A stretch of DNA of 63,938 nt, the filler included. It is 6 parts of 6 records of this genome, joined end to end, with 100 filler letters (N's around TTAATTAATTAA, not from the genome) between each part and the next. Parts side by side here need not be neighbours in the genome. Positions count along the whole stretch, not along the records: positions 47,541 to 54,991 come from SRR20825019_1181; positions 55,092 to 63,938 come from SRR20825019_1183; 4 more parts are not named here. One strand, 5' to 3'. Under the pieces are notes generated by a model. That model did not search any database. It was not told the origin of the DNA and saw only the letters and a list, made by a program, of their open reading frames with translations. This document shows positions 49,839-59,388 of this stretch, piece by piece. The position numbers and the translations under genes are program-made. Position 1 is the stretch's first letter; the number at the start of each line of letters is the position of its first letter.

Positions 49839-51062
49839 GACCGGGGCACAGTTCAGCACTGTTTTCGAGCCGAGTCTGCGAGGGGCTTTCCTCAGGCCGG
49901 CGGGAGGCCGTCCCTCAGCAGCTTCATTTCATCTCTTCTTCGTGCGCTGGGCCCACTAGGTGAGCATCAGGTGCCGAAAAGGTCTTCAAATATTCATTGG
50001 AGTGCCTTCTCGCAGTTCTTCGCTGTTTGAGTTTAGAAAATAAACCAGAGCATGCCTCTGCGAGTAGATGGGCGGAAGGCTTTCAAAGTTCGGCGTGGAT
50101 ATGCACGATTAGGCACTGTGGCACCGGCAGACATAGCAAATACAAAGAAGGTTTCACCGAATCCTTCTCGAAGTTTAGTGAATTGGACAGTGTGCGTTGG
50201 AAGGTCGCTTGTATATGGGTCCATGGAAATGGGCGGCGAGGCACCAGTATTATCATCGCTTCGCTGCCTCGATCCTACGGTGCATCCTGGACTTATCAAA
50301 GTAACAAAAGTTGCTTTAGAAGGTGTTCTTGGGGCACCCTCGCCGACGTCAGGGAAAATGCGCCTTGTGATTGCCAGTGCGGATGGGTGCCCGGCAGAGG
50401 CGTGCGTCCTGGCGGCAAACTGCGGTTGGGCTCTTTGTAACAGGTAGCGTGCATAGCTGTGTTTTGCATATGGTTTCTGAACACTGGATGGGTGGGCTAA
50501 CTGAAGTTGGGCAGGAGCCATGTCCCGTGCCATGTTGTCACGGCAGCTGCTAGTGGGGGTGAATATGTGTTGGATCCTTGCGTTGATGAGGTAGAAGACG
50601 CAACGGTTGAGTGCTTTGCAGTGTCCGAGGCCCATGATGGGCCCCGGAGTTTGGCTTCACCTCTGTGCTTGGGTTTGTGGGACGGAGGGGAGAATGGTGA
50701 TAGCGAAGCACAGCAGTCTTTCGTAGAGGAGGTATCTCCATTGATTCGCAAAGCAGATGTGGGGACACTATTCGGAGAGGCCCTTTCGAACTTCCAAAGG
50801 GAGATCGACGGTGAAGCAAACTGCTGAATCTCTCGGTAAGGTTTACTACCTAGCTCCATTCTCGGGGTGTGAGTGTTTATTGTTGGTTTACCGATGGAAT
50901 ACGGCGGGTTGTTGTTCCACGACATTAGGTGCCGCATGCATGATATCCTTCACTCTGCCTTCAGCGCGTCCAATACAAGCAGAGACAATGATTGATGGTG
51001 TTCATATCATATTTACTTGCTACAATACAGCCCGGCCTGAAAGAGGGTGCCGTTGCTGTCCC

Positions 51063-54000
51063 TCACTGCGCCGCACGAACCCCAGTACGACCAATGCAGG
51101 CCTCCATTCTCTCAATGAGTCCCAGGACGGCGCCGCTCCTAGACAATTCTTCTTCATTATCCGAGTCAACCAGAACAGCCTGTGCGATCTCATTAGGGGT
51201 GAGAGGCGGATCGTACCAACGGTGGCCTTCGGATCGCGGGGGGCTGGCGACTATGGAACGGCACTTCACCGGACTCTGGTCGGGATTCTTTTGGGTGACC
51301 GGCCGCACGAGCTTGATAGCCTTGCCCACTTGGCTCGCGACCTTCTTGATGGGATACCCGCGTTTCTTGTACACATCCTGCACAGCCTTCGATACCATTT
51401 CCCGCTCAACACCAGACGCCACACCAGTCACTCGCAGGCCGCCGTCATCCGGAATGCCCTCAGCAGGTGTGCTCTTGACCTTCGTCGGCGACACCACTCC
51501 CGCGCGCCTTCTGGGGGTCCCCTTTTCATTTCGGTGTGCGTTGATGCCAGCATGCTCTGGCAGGGGTTCGCGGGCTTCCCGCGCCTTGTTCGTTGCCTCT
51601 CCCTTGCTAAACTGGCGGACTTCCTGTGCAGTGCGCTGGTTCCACACCCTTTTCGCATATCCCATGGATTTTGTGCTGTAGTCGCCAGCATTCGCCTCTA
51701 GCTGCAGATTAGCAACCAATCCACGCTGGATATTAGCGGCAACCTGTTCCTTCTTGCGGGCCGTCGGGTCCGCGGATTTGTGTTGCCTCATCCGGATCCT
51801 CTCCACTGCCGCCGCCACCCGCTTCTCTTGCAGCTTCGCCTGTGCCACTGCCTTCTTGGCATCGGATTCCACAAAATCGACCCCACCGAACGGCTCGCGA
51901 GGCTGCGGATCAGCCGGTGATTCAGGTGGGGAAATGTCTTTCCGCGGGGTGCGTTTCGCTGGCAACGGACGATCCACTTCGCTTGGAATCTTACGTGGGG
52001 GAGGGCGTCGCTCTGGAGGAAGGAACTTAAATCCTTTAGCTACTGATGAAGCAATAGTCTTGAGATCCGAAATGCCGTGCTTGCCGACACTGCCAATGCC
52101 ACCTGACGACTGGCCCTTGCCATGTGATCCATCATCCTGCTTTTCGGATGCCGCTTGGGCGCTTTCACGAATCTTCTGCTTCAACTTCGACATCTCCTCT
52201 TCTCGCTCCTTTGCGCGCCGCTTAACCTCATCCATGATTGCTTTCTCTTTTTCTTTCTGCTCCTTCTTGAATTTTGCCGACTTCTCCTCCCGCTCCTTCT
52301 CCGCCGCAGCGGCAGCAGCCCGTGCTGCCTCCAATTTTTCTTCGCGTTCTTCCTCCAGACGTCTCATCGCTTCAACTTCTCTCTCCTTGCGCAACTTCTC
52401 TTCTTCTCTCGCTTTCTTCAGCTCCTCCTCCCTCCGTTCCCTGGCCTTCTCCGCCTCAGCTTCCTTCAAACGCTGCCGCAACTTATCACGGTTCTCCTCG
52501 AGCTGATCTAGAACATCGAGTAGCTTAGGCCTGCGCGTTTTGCGTTCATGATCGGCACGAATCATGCCCCACTTGGATTTACCCCCCTTCATTCCCAACA
52601 ACGCCCCAGCACTCTTTCCTGAAGTTTGCTGGGATGCCGGTGCATCCACATGTTCCTTCTTTTTCGGGAGATTGTTTCGAGAAAAAGCACTGAGGCCGGC
52701 TTGAACTCCTGCATCCTCGTCCACCTCGAACATCTCATCATCACCGCCATCTTCGTCAGAGGAAGAGTCGTTGGAATCCACATCGTCTAGGTTCGGGAGT
52801 TGCTCCATAATCTCCCGGCCAGTACTCTCGTCACCATTTATCGCCGCGAGCTTCTTGGACAATCTCTCATTCTCTCGCATTAACTTTTCTTGTTCGGCCC
52901 TTCTAGCTTTCTTGAGGCCCTCCCTCTCCTTTTCCTTTTTCATCCGCTTCAGCTCCTGTACAGCAGCCTCCTGGGCCTCCTTCTTCTTCAAAGCTTCGGC
53001 CTTCTTCCGATTGGCCTCTTCGCGCGCCTCCTCCTTCTTTTTCTCCATTGCCAACCTTTCCTTCTCCTGTTTCTTCTTTAGAATCCGCTGACCCAGCGCA
53101 TGCGCTTCGGCAGCTTTTGCGGCTTTCCTCTCGGCTTCTTCCCTCTCGAGTTTTTCTTGGGCAATCTTCGCCAACTTCGCCTGCTCTGCGGCCTCCTTCT
53201 TTGCAATACGCTTTTCCTCTTGCTCTTTCCTCAACTGCTCCTGTCGCTGTTGCGCCTTCGTCAACTTCTTAGGCTTCGGCACGGGGAGGGAAGACTGCAC
53301 ACCCACATCTTCATCAGTTCGGAACATTGACATGTCTCCGCCTTCGAGCTCCGTGGAGGCCGCCCCTTCGTCTTCGGGGGTCTTCCCATTGGACTTCATG
53401 TCTTGCGTGGCAACACCATTCTTCGCAAGAGTCGTAGTAGATTCCAATAAGGCAGCTTCTCGTGCAGTCCTGCGCAAGGCCACTTCCATTTCCATTTTTT
53501 TCTTGTTCTCTAGCTCGGCGTTTCTGGCTTCTTCTCTCAACCTTTGGGCCCGTTGACGTCGCGTCTCAAACTTGGGCCGCATAGAGTCTACAAATACTTT
53601 GATGTCGTGCAATCGGCGATCTTCCTTTTCACGAGCTTGCATTGCTTCTTCCTTTTGTGCCTTCAGTTTTTGCTGCACCGCAGTCTCGTGCCGGCGTGAT
53701 CTTTCATCGAGAACACCCCGCATGATCATTTGCCGGCGCTCAACGACCTTCTCGGGATCAAGGTCGCTGGGTTGCTTCGCTTCAATACGTGGATTAGTTT
53801 TGGTTGGTGCATCATTCTTCCTACCCATAAACATCCCTGCGGGCCCAGCACCGGTCGTATGCTTCATCACATACTCTACCACACAAGCGTGTCCTTGCTG
53901 AAGTGCCACATGCAGAGCCGACACTCCCTCAGAATTTGTGGCGTTAATATCGGCACCAAGGTCGGCCAACCGCGTAAGCTCGACGACATTCCCTTCGTAT

Positions 54001-54980
54001 GCGGCGTTGAGTACGAGTGGCAGCGTGACAGCAGGATCCAGATTCTCGGCCTTCTTTGGGGGATCCATGCGAATCTTTCTAACCGCTTCATCCGCTAAGA
54101 ACTCTGCACGGCGCGGCTCCGCGCCTTCCATCCACTTCTTCTGCTCACGCAACTGACTCTGAACCGACATTAACTCTATTTCTTTGGCGCGTTGTAGGTG
54201 AATGAGTTCCTTTGTTTTCTCTACTGTCGACCAATGCACACGCTGCGGACGGTACACAAACAAAGGCCCCCTTCCATCCATGTCTTCCTGCTCTAGGTAG
54301 TCTATAGGTTGGCAGCCGTATTCGTTATCTGTGTCGCCCCCACGAGCAAGCCTCTGCGCCTCTAGGAGTTCGAGGTAGTCTTCTCTCAAGTCGTCTTCAA
54401 GGTCGCTTGGAATGGCATCTCCATCTGGATCCAGCTCTGTGCCATCCTCCATAGCTTCGACATCGCGGAAAGCTGATGTCCGCACAGGTGAACCAGACCA
54501 AGATTCCAGGCAGTTCCGCTCTTCGACCTTTGCCTTCATGTGAGACAGGTCGGTGTAGGCGCTAACCCTTACACTATCAGGGGTAGGAGATGTTACAGAC
54601 ACGGTCCCAGTTGGATCAAGATAGAGCGCATCCCCAGGTTGCGGCTCGTCTTCTGGGTCTGCAGGCTTCTTTGCCCATGCAGGCTGGGGTGGGGCCGGCA
54701 CCCATTCCCCTCTAGCATGCCGCCGAACTGCTTGCACGCCAGTGTCTTCATCACAGGTGAAATCCAAGCCCTCGCAATCATCGTCCCCCGTATTCAAATC
54801 CCGTTCGAATTCCCCAAGCATCAGTTTTGCTGCACTCGACCCTTCTCCTCGCCGCCCATTACTCGTCGTAGGGACTACATTCCCTGTTACCCTGGGCACG
54901 ACTTTTCCTTTGCCGCTGAATAGCCCACCCATCTTCCCCAACATAGCATTCTTCGCGTTGATGTCTCCTACCATGGGCAC
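51063..54980 (-). CDS. Large eukaryotic protein exon with ankyrin repeats and charged coiled coils (open at contig edge, probably spliced further)
   Basis: 1305 stop-free codons. LNAAYEGNVVELTRLADLGADINATNSEGVSALHVALQQGH ankyrin pair and E/K/R-rich helices. Confidence 0.8.
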   Translation of the reverse strand: MPMVGDINAKNAMLGKMGGLFSGKGKVVPRVTGNVVPTTSNGRRGEGSSAAKLMLGEFERDLNTGDDDCEGLDFTCDEDTGVQAVRRHARGEWVPAPPQPAWAKKPADPEDEPQPGDALYLDPTGTVSVTSPTPDSVRVSAYTDLSHMKAKVEERNCLESWSGSPVRTSAFRDVEAMEDGTELDPDGDAIPSDLEDDLREDYLELLEAQRLARGGDTDNEYGCQPIDYLEQEDMDGRGPLFVYRPQRVHWSTVEKTKELIHLQRAKEIELMSVQSQLREQKKWMEGAEPRRAEFLADEAVRKIRMDPPKKAENLDPAVTLPLVLNAAYEGNVVELTRLADLGADINATNSEGVSALHVALQQGHACVVEYVMKHTTGAGPAGMFMGRKNDAPTKTNPRIEAKQPSDLDPEKVVERRQMIMRGVLDERSRRHETAVQQKLKAQKEEAMQAREKEDRRLHDIKVFVDSMRPKFETRRQRAQRLREEARNAELENKKKMEMEVALRRTAREAALLESTTTLAKNGVATQDMKSNGKTPEDEGAASTELEGGDMSMFRTDEDVGVQSSLPVPKPKKLTKAQQRQEQLRKEQEEKRIAKKEAAEQAKLAKIAQEKLEREEAERKAAKAAEAHALGQRILKKKQEKERLAMEKKKEEAREEANRKKAEALKKKEAQEAAVQELKRMKKEKEREGLKKARRAEQEKLMRENERLSKKLAAINGDESTGREIMEQLPNLDDVDSNDSSSDEDGGDDEMFEVDEDAGVQAGLSAFSRNNLPKKKEHVDAPASQQTSGKSAGALLGMKGGKSKWGMIRADHERKTRRPKLLDVLDQLEENRDKLRQRLKEAEAEKARERREEELKKAREEEKLRKEREVEAMRRLEEEREEKLEAARAAAAAAEKEREEKSAKFKKEQKEKEKAIMDEVKRRAKEREEEMSKLKQKIRESAQAASEKQDDGSHGKGQSSGGIGSVGKHGISDLKTIASSVAKGFKFLPPERRPPPRKIPSEVDRPLPAKRTPRKDISPPESPADPQPREPFGGVDFVESDAKKAVAQAKLQEKRVAAAVERIRMRQHKSADPTARKKEQVAANIQRGLVANLQLEANAGDYSTKSMGYAKRVWNQRTAQEVRQFSKGEATNKAREAREPLPEHAGINAHRNEKGTPRRRAGVVSPTKVKSTPAEGIPDDGGLRVTGVASGVEREMVSKAVQDVYKKRGYPIKKVASQVGKAIKLVRPVTQKNPDQSPVKCRSIVASPPRSEGHRWYDPPLTPNEIAQAVLVDSDNEEELSRSGAVLGLIERMEACIGRTGVRAAQ

Positions 54981-54991
54981 TTGCCCAATAT

Positions 54992-55091
54992 NNNNNNNNN
55001 NNNNNNNNNNNNNNNNNNNNNNNNNNNNNNNNNNNTTAATTAATTAANNNNNNNNNNNNNNNNNNNNNNNNNNNNNNNNNNNNNNNNNNNN
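54992..55091. other. Artificial contig spacer
   Basis: Same linker. Confidence 0.98.
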
Positions 55092-55092
55092 G

Positions 55093-56106
55093 CCGCTGCG
55101 GGCCGGCAAGGTGGTGATCACCACTGGGGCCCGCCCTGCCCTGCCGTCGATCCCCGGCATCGAGGAGGTGTCCTATCTCACCAGCACCACGGTGCTCGAG
55201 ATCGCAGAGCTGCCGCGATCGCTGCTCATCATCGGCGGCGGTTATATCGGCTGCGAGCTGGCACAGCTCTTCGCGCGCGCCGGCGTCGAGGTGACGATCG
55301 CCTGCCGCCGCGGCCTGCTGCCGGCGGCCGAGCCGGAGGTCGGCACCGCCCTCACCGGGTACTTCGAGGATGAAGGCATCCGCGTGCGAAGCGGGCTCAA
55401 ATACCGCCAGATCCGTGAGACGGAAGACGGCGTGATCCTGAACGCGCTCGCGGAGGGCAACGACGTACGCCTCGAGGCAGAGCGGGTCCTGATCGCCAGC
55501 GGCCGACGACCGAACACGGAGGAGATGGGCCTCGCCGAGGCAGGCGTTGTCCTGTTACCGAACGGCGGCATCGAGGTCGACGAACGCCTGCGCACGACGA
55601 AGGCCGGCATCTACGCCGCCGGCGACGTCACTGGCCGCGACCAGTTCGTCTACATGGCCGCCTATGCTGCCCGGCTCGCGGCGGAGAACGCGCTCAACGG
55701 CGACAGCCGGCGCTACGACAACGCGGCGATGCCGGCGGTCGTGTTCACCGATCCCCAGGTCGCCAGCGTCGGCCTGACCGAGGCCGCGGCGGGCCAGGCC
55801 GGCCACCGGGTCAAGACCTCTCTCCTGTCGCTCGACCAGGTGCCTCGCGCGTTGGCAGCGCGCGACACGCGCGGCCTGATCAAGCTCGTGGCGGAGGAGG
55901 AGACGGACCGGCTGCTCGGCGCGCACATTCTCGCGCCCGAAGGCGCCGACAGCATCCAGACGGCCGTTCTCGCCATCAAGCACGGACTCACGGTCGCCGA
56001 GCTTGCGGAGACGATCTTCCCCTATCTCACAACGGTCGAGGGCCTGAAGCTCGCCGCCCAGACGTTCACGCGCGACGTGGCCAGGCTTTCCTGCTGCGCG
56101 GGGTAA
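55093..56106 (+). CDS. merA: Mercuric reductase, 5'-truncated
   Basis: DQFVYMAAY, VFTDPQVA, FPYLTTVEGLKLAAQTF and C-terminal LSCCAG. Confidence 0.95.
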   Translation, partial: PLRAGKVVITTGARPALPSIPGIEEVSYLTSTTVLEIAELPRSLLIIGGGYIGCELAQLFARAGVEVTIACRRGLLPAAEPEVGTALTGYFEDEGIRVRSGLKYRQIRETEDGVILNALAEGNDVRLEAERVLIASGRRPNTEEMGLAEAGVVLLPNGGIEVDERLRTTKAGIYAAGDVTGRDQFVYMAAYAARLAAENALNGDSRRYDNAAMPAVVFTDPQVASVGLTEAAAGQAGHRVKTSLLSLDQVPRALAARDTRGLIKLVAEEETDRLLGAHILAPEGADSIQTAVLAIKHGLTVAELAETIFPYLTTVEGLKLAAQTFTRDVARLSCCAG

Positions 56107-56114
56107 CGGGGGCC

Positions 56115-56330
56115 ATGGAGACCGGCGACAAGGTCCTGGCGTTGCTCGGTGCGAAGGTGCTCTGCTGCGTCGCGCTGGTTCTCGCCGCCACCGGTGTCCT
56201 GGGAGGGTTTGGCGCCTGGCTGATCGACGGTGCCGGAGGGTGGCTCGTTGCCGGCCTGATCGTTGCGGCCATCGTGGCGCTCATGCTCGGACGCCGACAG
56301 GAGCGGACGAAGACGCGCCATCCCGGATGA
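56115..56330 (+). CDS. Small two-TM protein with a vicinal Cys pair (Mer transporter-like)
   Basis: AKVLCCVALV in the first hydrophobic segment, starting 8 bp after merA. Confidence 0.65.
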   Translation: METGDKVLALLGAKVLCCVALVLAATGVLGGFGAWLIDGAGGWLVAGLIVAAIVALMLGRRQERTKTRHPG

Positions 56331-56398
56331 GGCATCCTATATGAGGCGACAGGAACCTGCCGCTACGCGCCCCGTTTTCGACTCAGGACGAGAATAGG

Positions 56399-57751
56399 AT
56401 GACCCAACGTTTCGACCTGGTGGTAATCGGCACCGGCACCGCCGCAAGCGGCGTAGCGAGCCGCTGTCGCAATGCTGGCTGGTCGGTGGCCATTGTCGAC
56501 GAACGCCCCTTTGGCGGGACCTGCGCGTTGCGCGGCTGCGATCCTAAGAAGGTGCTGCGACGCACGGCCGAGGTGGTGGATGCCGCGCGACTCATGAACG
56601 GACACGGAATCACTGGTCCCGCCCCCACCGTAGATTGGCCCGCCCTCATGGCCTTCAAGCGGAGCTTCACCGATCCGGTCCCCAATGCGCGGGAAAAGGC
56701 CTTCGCGGACAAAGGCATCGCCACCTTCAAGGGTACAGCGCAGTTTATTGGCGAAAACACGATTTCCGTCGGCGAGGACCGGCTCGAAGCCCGATACATC
56801 GTGATCACAAGCGGGGCGAAGCCGGTGCCGCTCTCCATGCCCGGTGCCGAGCACGTCATCACCAGCGACGACTTTCTGGAGCTGGAGGCGCTGCCGAAAC
56901 GTGTGCTTCTGATCGGCGGCGGGTACGTTTCCTTCGAGTTCGCCCATATCGCCGCACGCGCCGGTGCCGAGGTGGTCATGGTCGACCGGGGCGAACGGCC
57001 GCTCAAGGCGTTCGATCCCGACCTCGTCGACATGCTGGTCGACCGCACGCGGGCCCTCGGCATCACCTTCCGCGCCAAGGCCGAAGTGACGGCGATCGAG
57101 CAGGCGAACGGCGGGCTTGGCGTCATTGCCAGGATCGACGGCGCCGAAGAGCGGTTCGAGGCGGACCTCGTCGTGCACGGCGCCGGCCGGGCCGCGGCGA
57201 TCAGCGCGCTGGAGCCCGACAAGGCGAACGTCAAGGCGGACGGTACGGGCGTCGAGGTCAACGAGTATCTGCAGAGCCTCACGAACCCGGCGGTCTATGC
57301 CGCCGGCGACGCCGCGGCGACAGCGGGGCCGCCGCTCACGCCGGTCGCCAGCCTGGAGGCCAAGGCGGTGGCGGCGAACCTGTTGGAAGGAAACCACGCC
57401 ACGCCCGACTACACCGGCGTGCCGAGCGCCGTGTTCACCGTTCCCGAATTGGTGCGTGTCGGTCTGAGCGAAGCCGACGCAACGGCGCAGGGCCTCGAAT
57501 TCGAATGCAAATTCTCAGACATGCGGGGCTGGTTCTCCGTCCGTCGCGTCGGAGAAACCCACGCCGCGGCGAAAGTGCTGGTCGAGCACGGATCGGGACG
57601 GATCCTTGGCGCGCACATCCTCGGGCCGGAAGCGAGCGAGACCATCAACCTCTTCGGCCTCGCCATGCGCACCGGGCTAAAGGCGGAAGACCTCAAGGGC
57701 CTGGTCAGCGCCTATCCGTCGGCAGGCTCGGATATCGGCTCTCTGATCTGA
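56399..57751 (+). CDS. Pyridine nucleotide-disulfide oxidoreductase (glutathione reductase-like)
   Basis: GGTCALRGCDPKK redox disulfide, GGGYVSFE and YAAGD. C-terminal YPS, no CC tail. Confidence 0.9.
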   Translation: MTQRFDLVVIGTGTAASGVASRCRNAGWSVAIVDERPFGGTCALRGCDPKKVLRRTAEVVDAARLMNGHGITGPAPTVDWPALMAFKRSFTDPVPNAREKAFADKGIATFKGTAQFIGENTISVGEDRLEARYIVITSGAKPVPLSMPGAEHVITSDDFLELEALPKRVLLIGGGYVSFEFAHIAARAGAEVVMVDRGERPLKAFDPDLVDMLVDRTRALGITFRAKAEVTAIEQANGGLGVIARIDGAEERFEADLVVHGAGRAAAISALEPDKANVKADGTGVEVNEYLQSLTNPAVYAAGDAAATAGPPLTPVASLEAKAVAANLLEGNHATPDYTGVPSAVFTVPELVRVGLSEADATAQGLEFECKFSDMRGWFSVRRVGETHAAAKVLVEHGSGRILGAHILGPEASETINLFGLAMRTGLKAEDLKGLVSAYPSAGSDIGSLI

Positions 57752-57890
57752 CGCCGCGCTCGTCATGGTCTGAGACAGGCGCAAAGCCTTCCACGGCGCT
57801 GGAAGCGCTTCCCAGGTCGATGTAGCGTTCCTGACCGGCTTCCCGACGGAATAACCACCGTCTCTCCTTTCCCGGCACGACTCCGATCCC

Positions 57891-57922
57891 TTGACTCTGT
57901 ACCGTGGTACGGAGCGTAGGCT
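57891..57922 (+). promoter_or_regulatory. MerR-type promoter/operator
   Basis: TTGACT-20 bp-TAGGCT enclosing the dyad TCTGTAC-CGTG-GTACGGA. Confidence 0.85.
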
Positions 57923-57947
57923 TCAATGAGCGATCGAGGTGAGAGAC

Positions 57948-58406
57948 ATGATTGGCATGACCATCAGCAGGGCCGCGCAGGCGGCCGGCGTTGGCGTCGA
58001 GACGGTCCGCTTCTACGAGCGCAAGGGCCTGATCGAGCAGCCCCCGAAGCCCGCCGCCTCAGGCTTTCGGAGCTATCCCGACGAGACCATCGAACGCATC
58101 CGCTTCATCCGGCAGGCGCAAGAGCTGGGCTTCTCGTTGCGCGAGGTCCGGGAGCTCCTGGAGCTGCGCGCCGATCCCGAGGCGGATGCGGCCGACGTCC
58201 GGGCCCGGGCTACGGCGAAGCTCGACGACGTGAACGAGAAGATGCGCCAGCTCCAGCGCATCGGACAGGCCTTGGAGGCACTGATCGCGTCTTGTCCCGG
58301 CCACGGCGAGCTCGGCTGCTGCTCGATCATGGAGGCGCTGGAAGGTCACCAAAAGGCGGACGTCGGGGCCACGGAAGCCGTTGATACAAAGCCAAGATCA
58401 GGATGA
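57948..58406 (+). CDS. MerR-family metal-responsive regulator
   Basis: GVGVETVRFYERKGLI, RFIRQAQELGFSL and metal loop CPGHGELGCC. Confidence 0.93.
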   Translation: MIGMTISRAAQAAGVGVETVRFYERKGLIEQPPKPAASGFRSYPDETIERIRFIRQAQELGFSLREVRELLELRADPEADAADVRARATAKLDDVNEKMRQLQRIGQALEALIASCPGHGELGCCSIMEALEGHQKADVGATEAVDTKPRSG

Positions 58407-59155
58407 CGGAGCTCCTTGCGCAGTTTCAGGCGCTTCCGGCGATCTCCCTCGCGGCCTTCGCGCTGGTGGCGGCCGCCGGCCTGCTCATGGGCTTGGCCCC
58501 GAGCTCGGTGCCGCTGGCCTCGGTGGTCGTCGGCTCGGTCGCCGGGCGTGGAACCGGGGAGACCGCACCGACGGCGCGTCGGGGGCTCCTGTTCGCCGGC
58601 GGGTTCGTGCTCGGCATCGCCACGGTGGATGCCGCCATCGGCGGGCTGTTCGGATTCGTCGGCGACGCCGTCATCCGCGTGCTCGCCGGCTCCCTGGCGA
58701 TCACGAACCTCGTGCTTGCGGGCCTGCTGGTGGCCATGGGCCTCGCGCTCCTGAGAGTCATCCATGTGCCGTGGCTGCGGCTACAGGCACGGCCGCGCGA
58801 GGTGAGTTCGTTCGGCGGCGCCTACGCGCTGGGCATCCCCTTCGGGCTCTCCACCTGCCCCGCCTGCACGCCGATGGTGCTTCCCGTCCTCGGCGCCGCA
58901 GCAGCAACCGGCGAGGCCTGGGTCGGCGCGGCGCTGCTCTTCACCTTCGGCATCGCGCGCGGCGTGCCGCTGCTGATCGCCGGGGCGGCGACCGGGGCAG
59001 CGATGCGCCTGCATCGCGCGGCATTCTGGGCGCCCCGCATCGAGCGCGCCGGCGGCGTGCTGCTCCTGTTGGCGGCCCTCTACTTCCTCTACGAGGGCGC
59101 GGCGGCCACCGGCGCGGTGCCGCCGCTGGAATTCCTCCTGGCGGACCTGACGTAA
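58403..59155 (+). CDS. CcdA/DsbD-beta-like membrane protein
   Basis: Six to seven TMs, GLAPSSVP, GLSTCPACTP and FGIARGVPL. Confidence 0.82.
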   Translation: MTELLAQFQALPAISLAAFALVAAAGLLMGLAPSSVPLASVVVGSVAGRGTGETAPTARRGLLFAGGFVLGIATVDAAIGGLFGFVGDAVIRVLAGSLAITNLVLAGLLVAMGLALLRVIHVPWLRLQARPREVSSFGGAYALGIPFGLSTCPACTPMVLPVLGAAAATGEAWVGAALLFTFGIARGVPLLIAGAATGAAMRLHRAAFWAPRIERAGGVLLLLAALYFLYEGAAATGAVPPLEFLLADLT

Positions 59156-59169
59156 AAAGGAAAACCTCC

Positions 59170-59388
59170 ATGAACACGACGACCTTCAGGATCGATGGCA
59201 TGCACTGCGACGGCTGCGCCGATCGCATCCGGACACTTCTGGGCAAGGAGCCGGGGGTCCGCGAGGCGCGCGTTTCCTTCGCGGAAGGAGCGGCGGCTGT
59301 CCGCTTCAACCCCCATTCGGTGAGCGAGGCTCGGCTTCGCGAGGTCATCGAGACGGGCGGTTTCAATGTGGTCGAGATGACGGCGTGA
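59170..59388 (+). CDS. HMA-domain metal chaperone (CopZ-like)
   Basis: IDGMHCDGC, 72 aa, no signal peptide. Confidence 0.92.
   Translation: MNTTTFRIDGMHCDGCADRIRTLLGKEPGVREARVSFAEGAAAVRFNPHSVSEARLREVIETGGFNVVEMTA

Noticed and set aside
56399-57751. Second copy of merA
   Set aside because: Lacks the C-terminal CC pair and the CVNxGC-type active site of MerA.
58381-59388. 335-aa ORF as a long HMA fusion
   Set aside because: The upstream part is an off-frame reading of the CcdA-like gene. The real gene starts at ATG 59170 after an AAGGA RBS.
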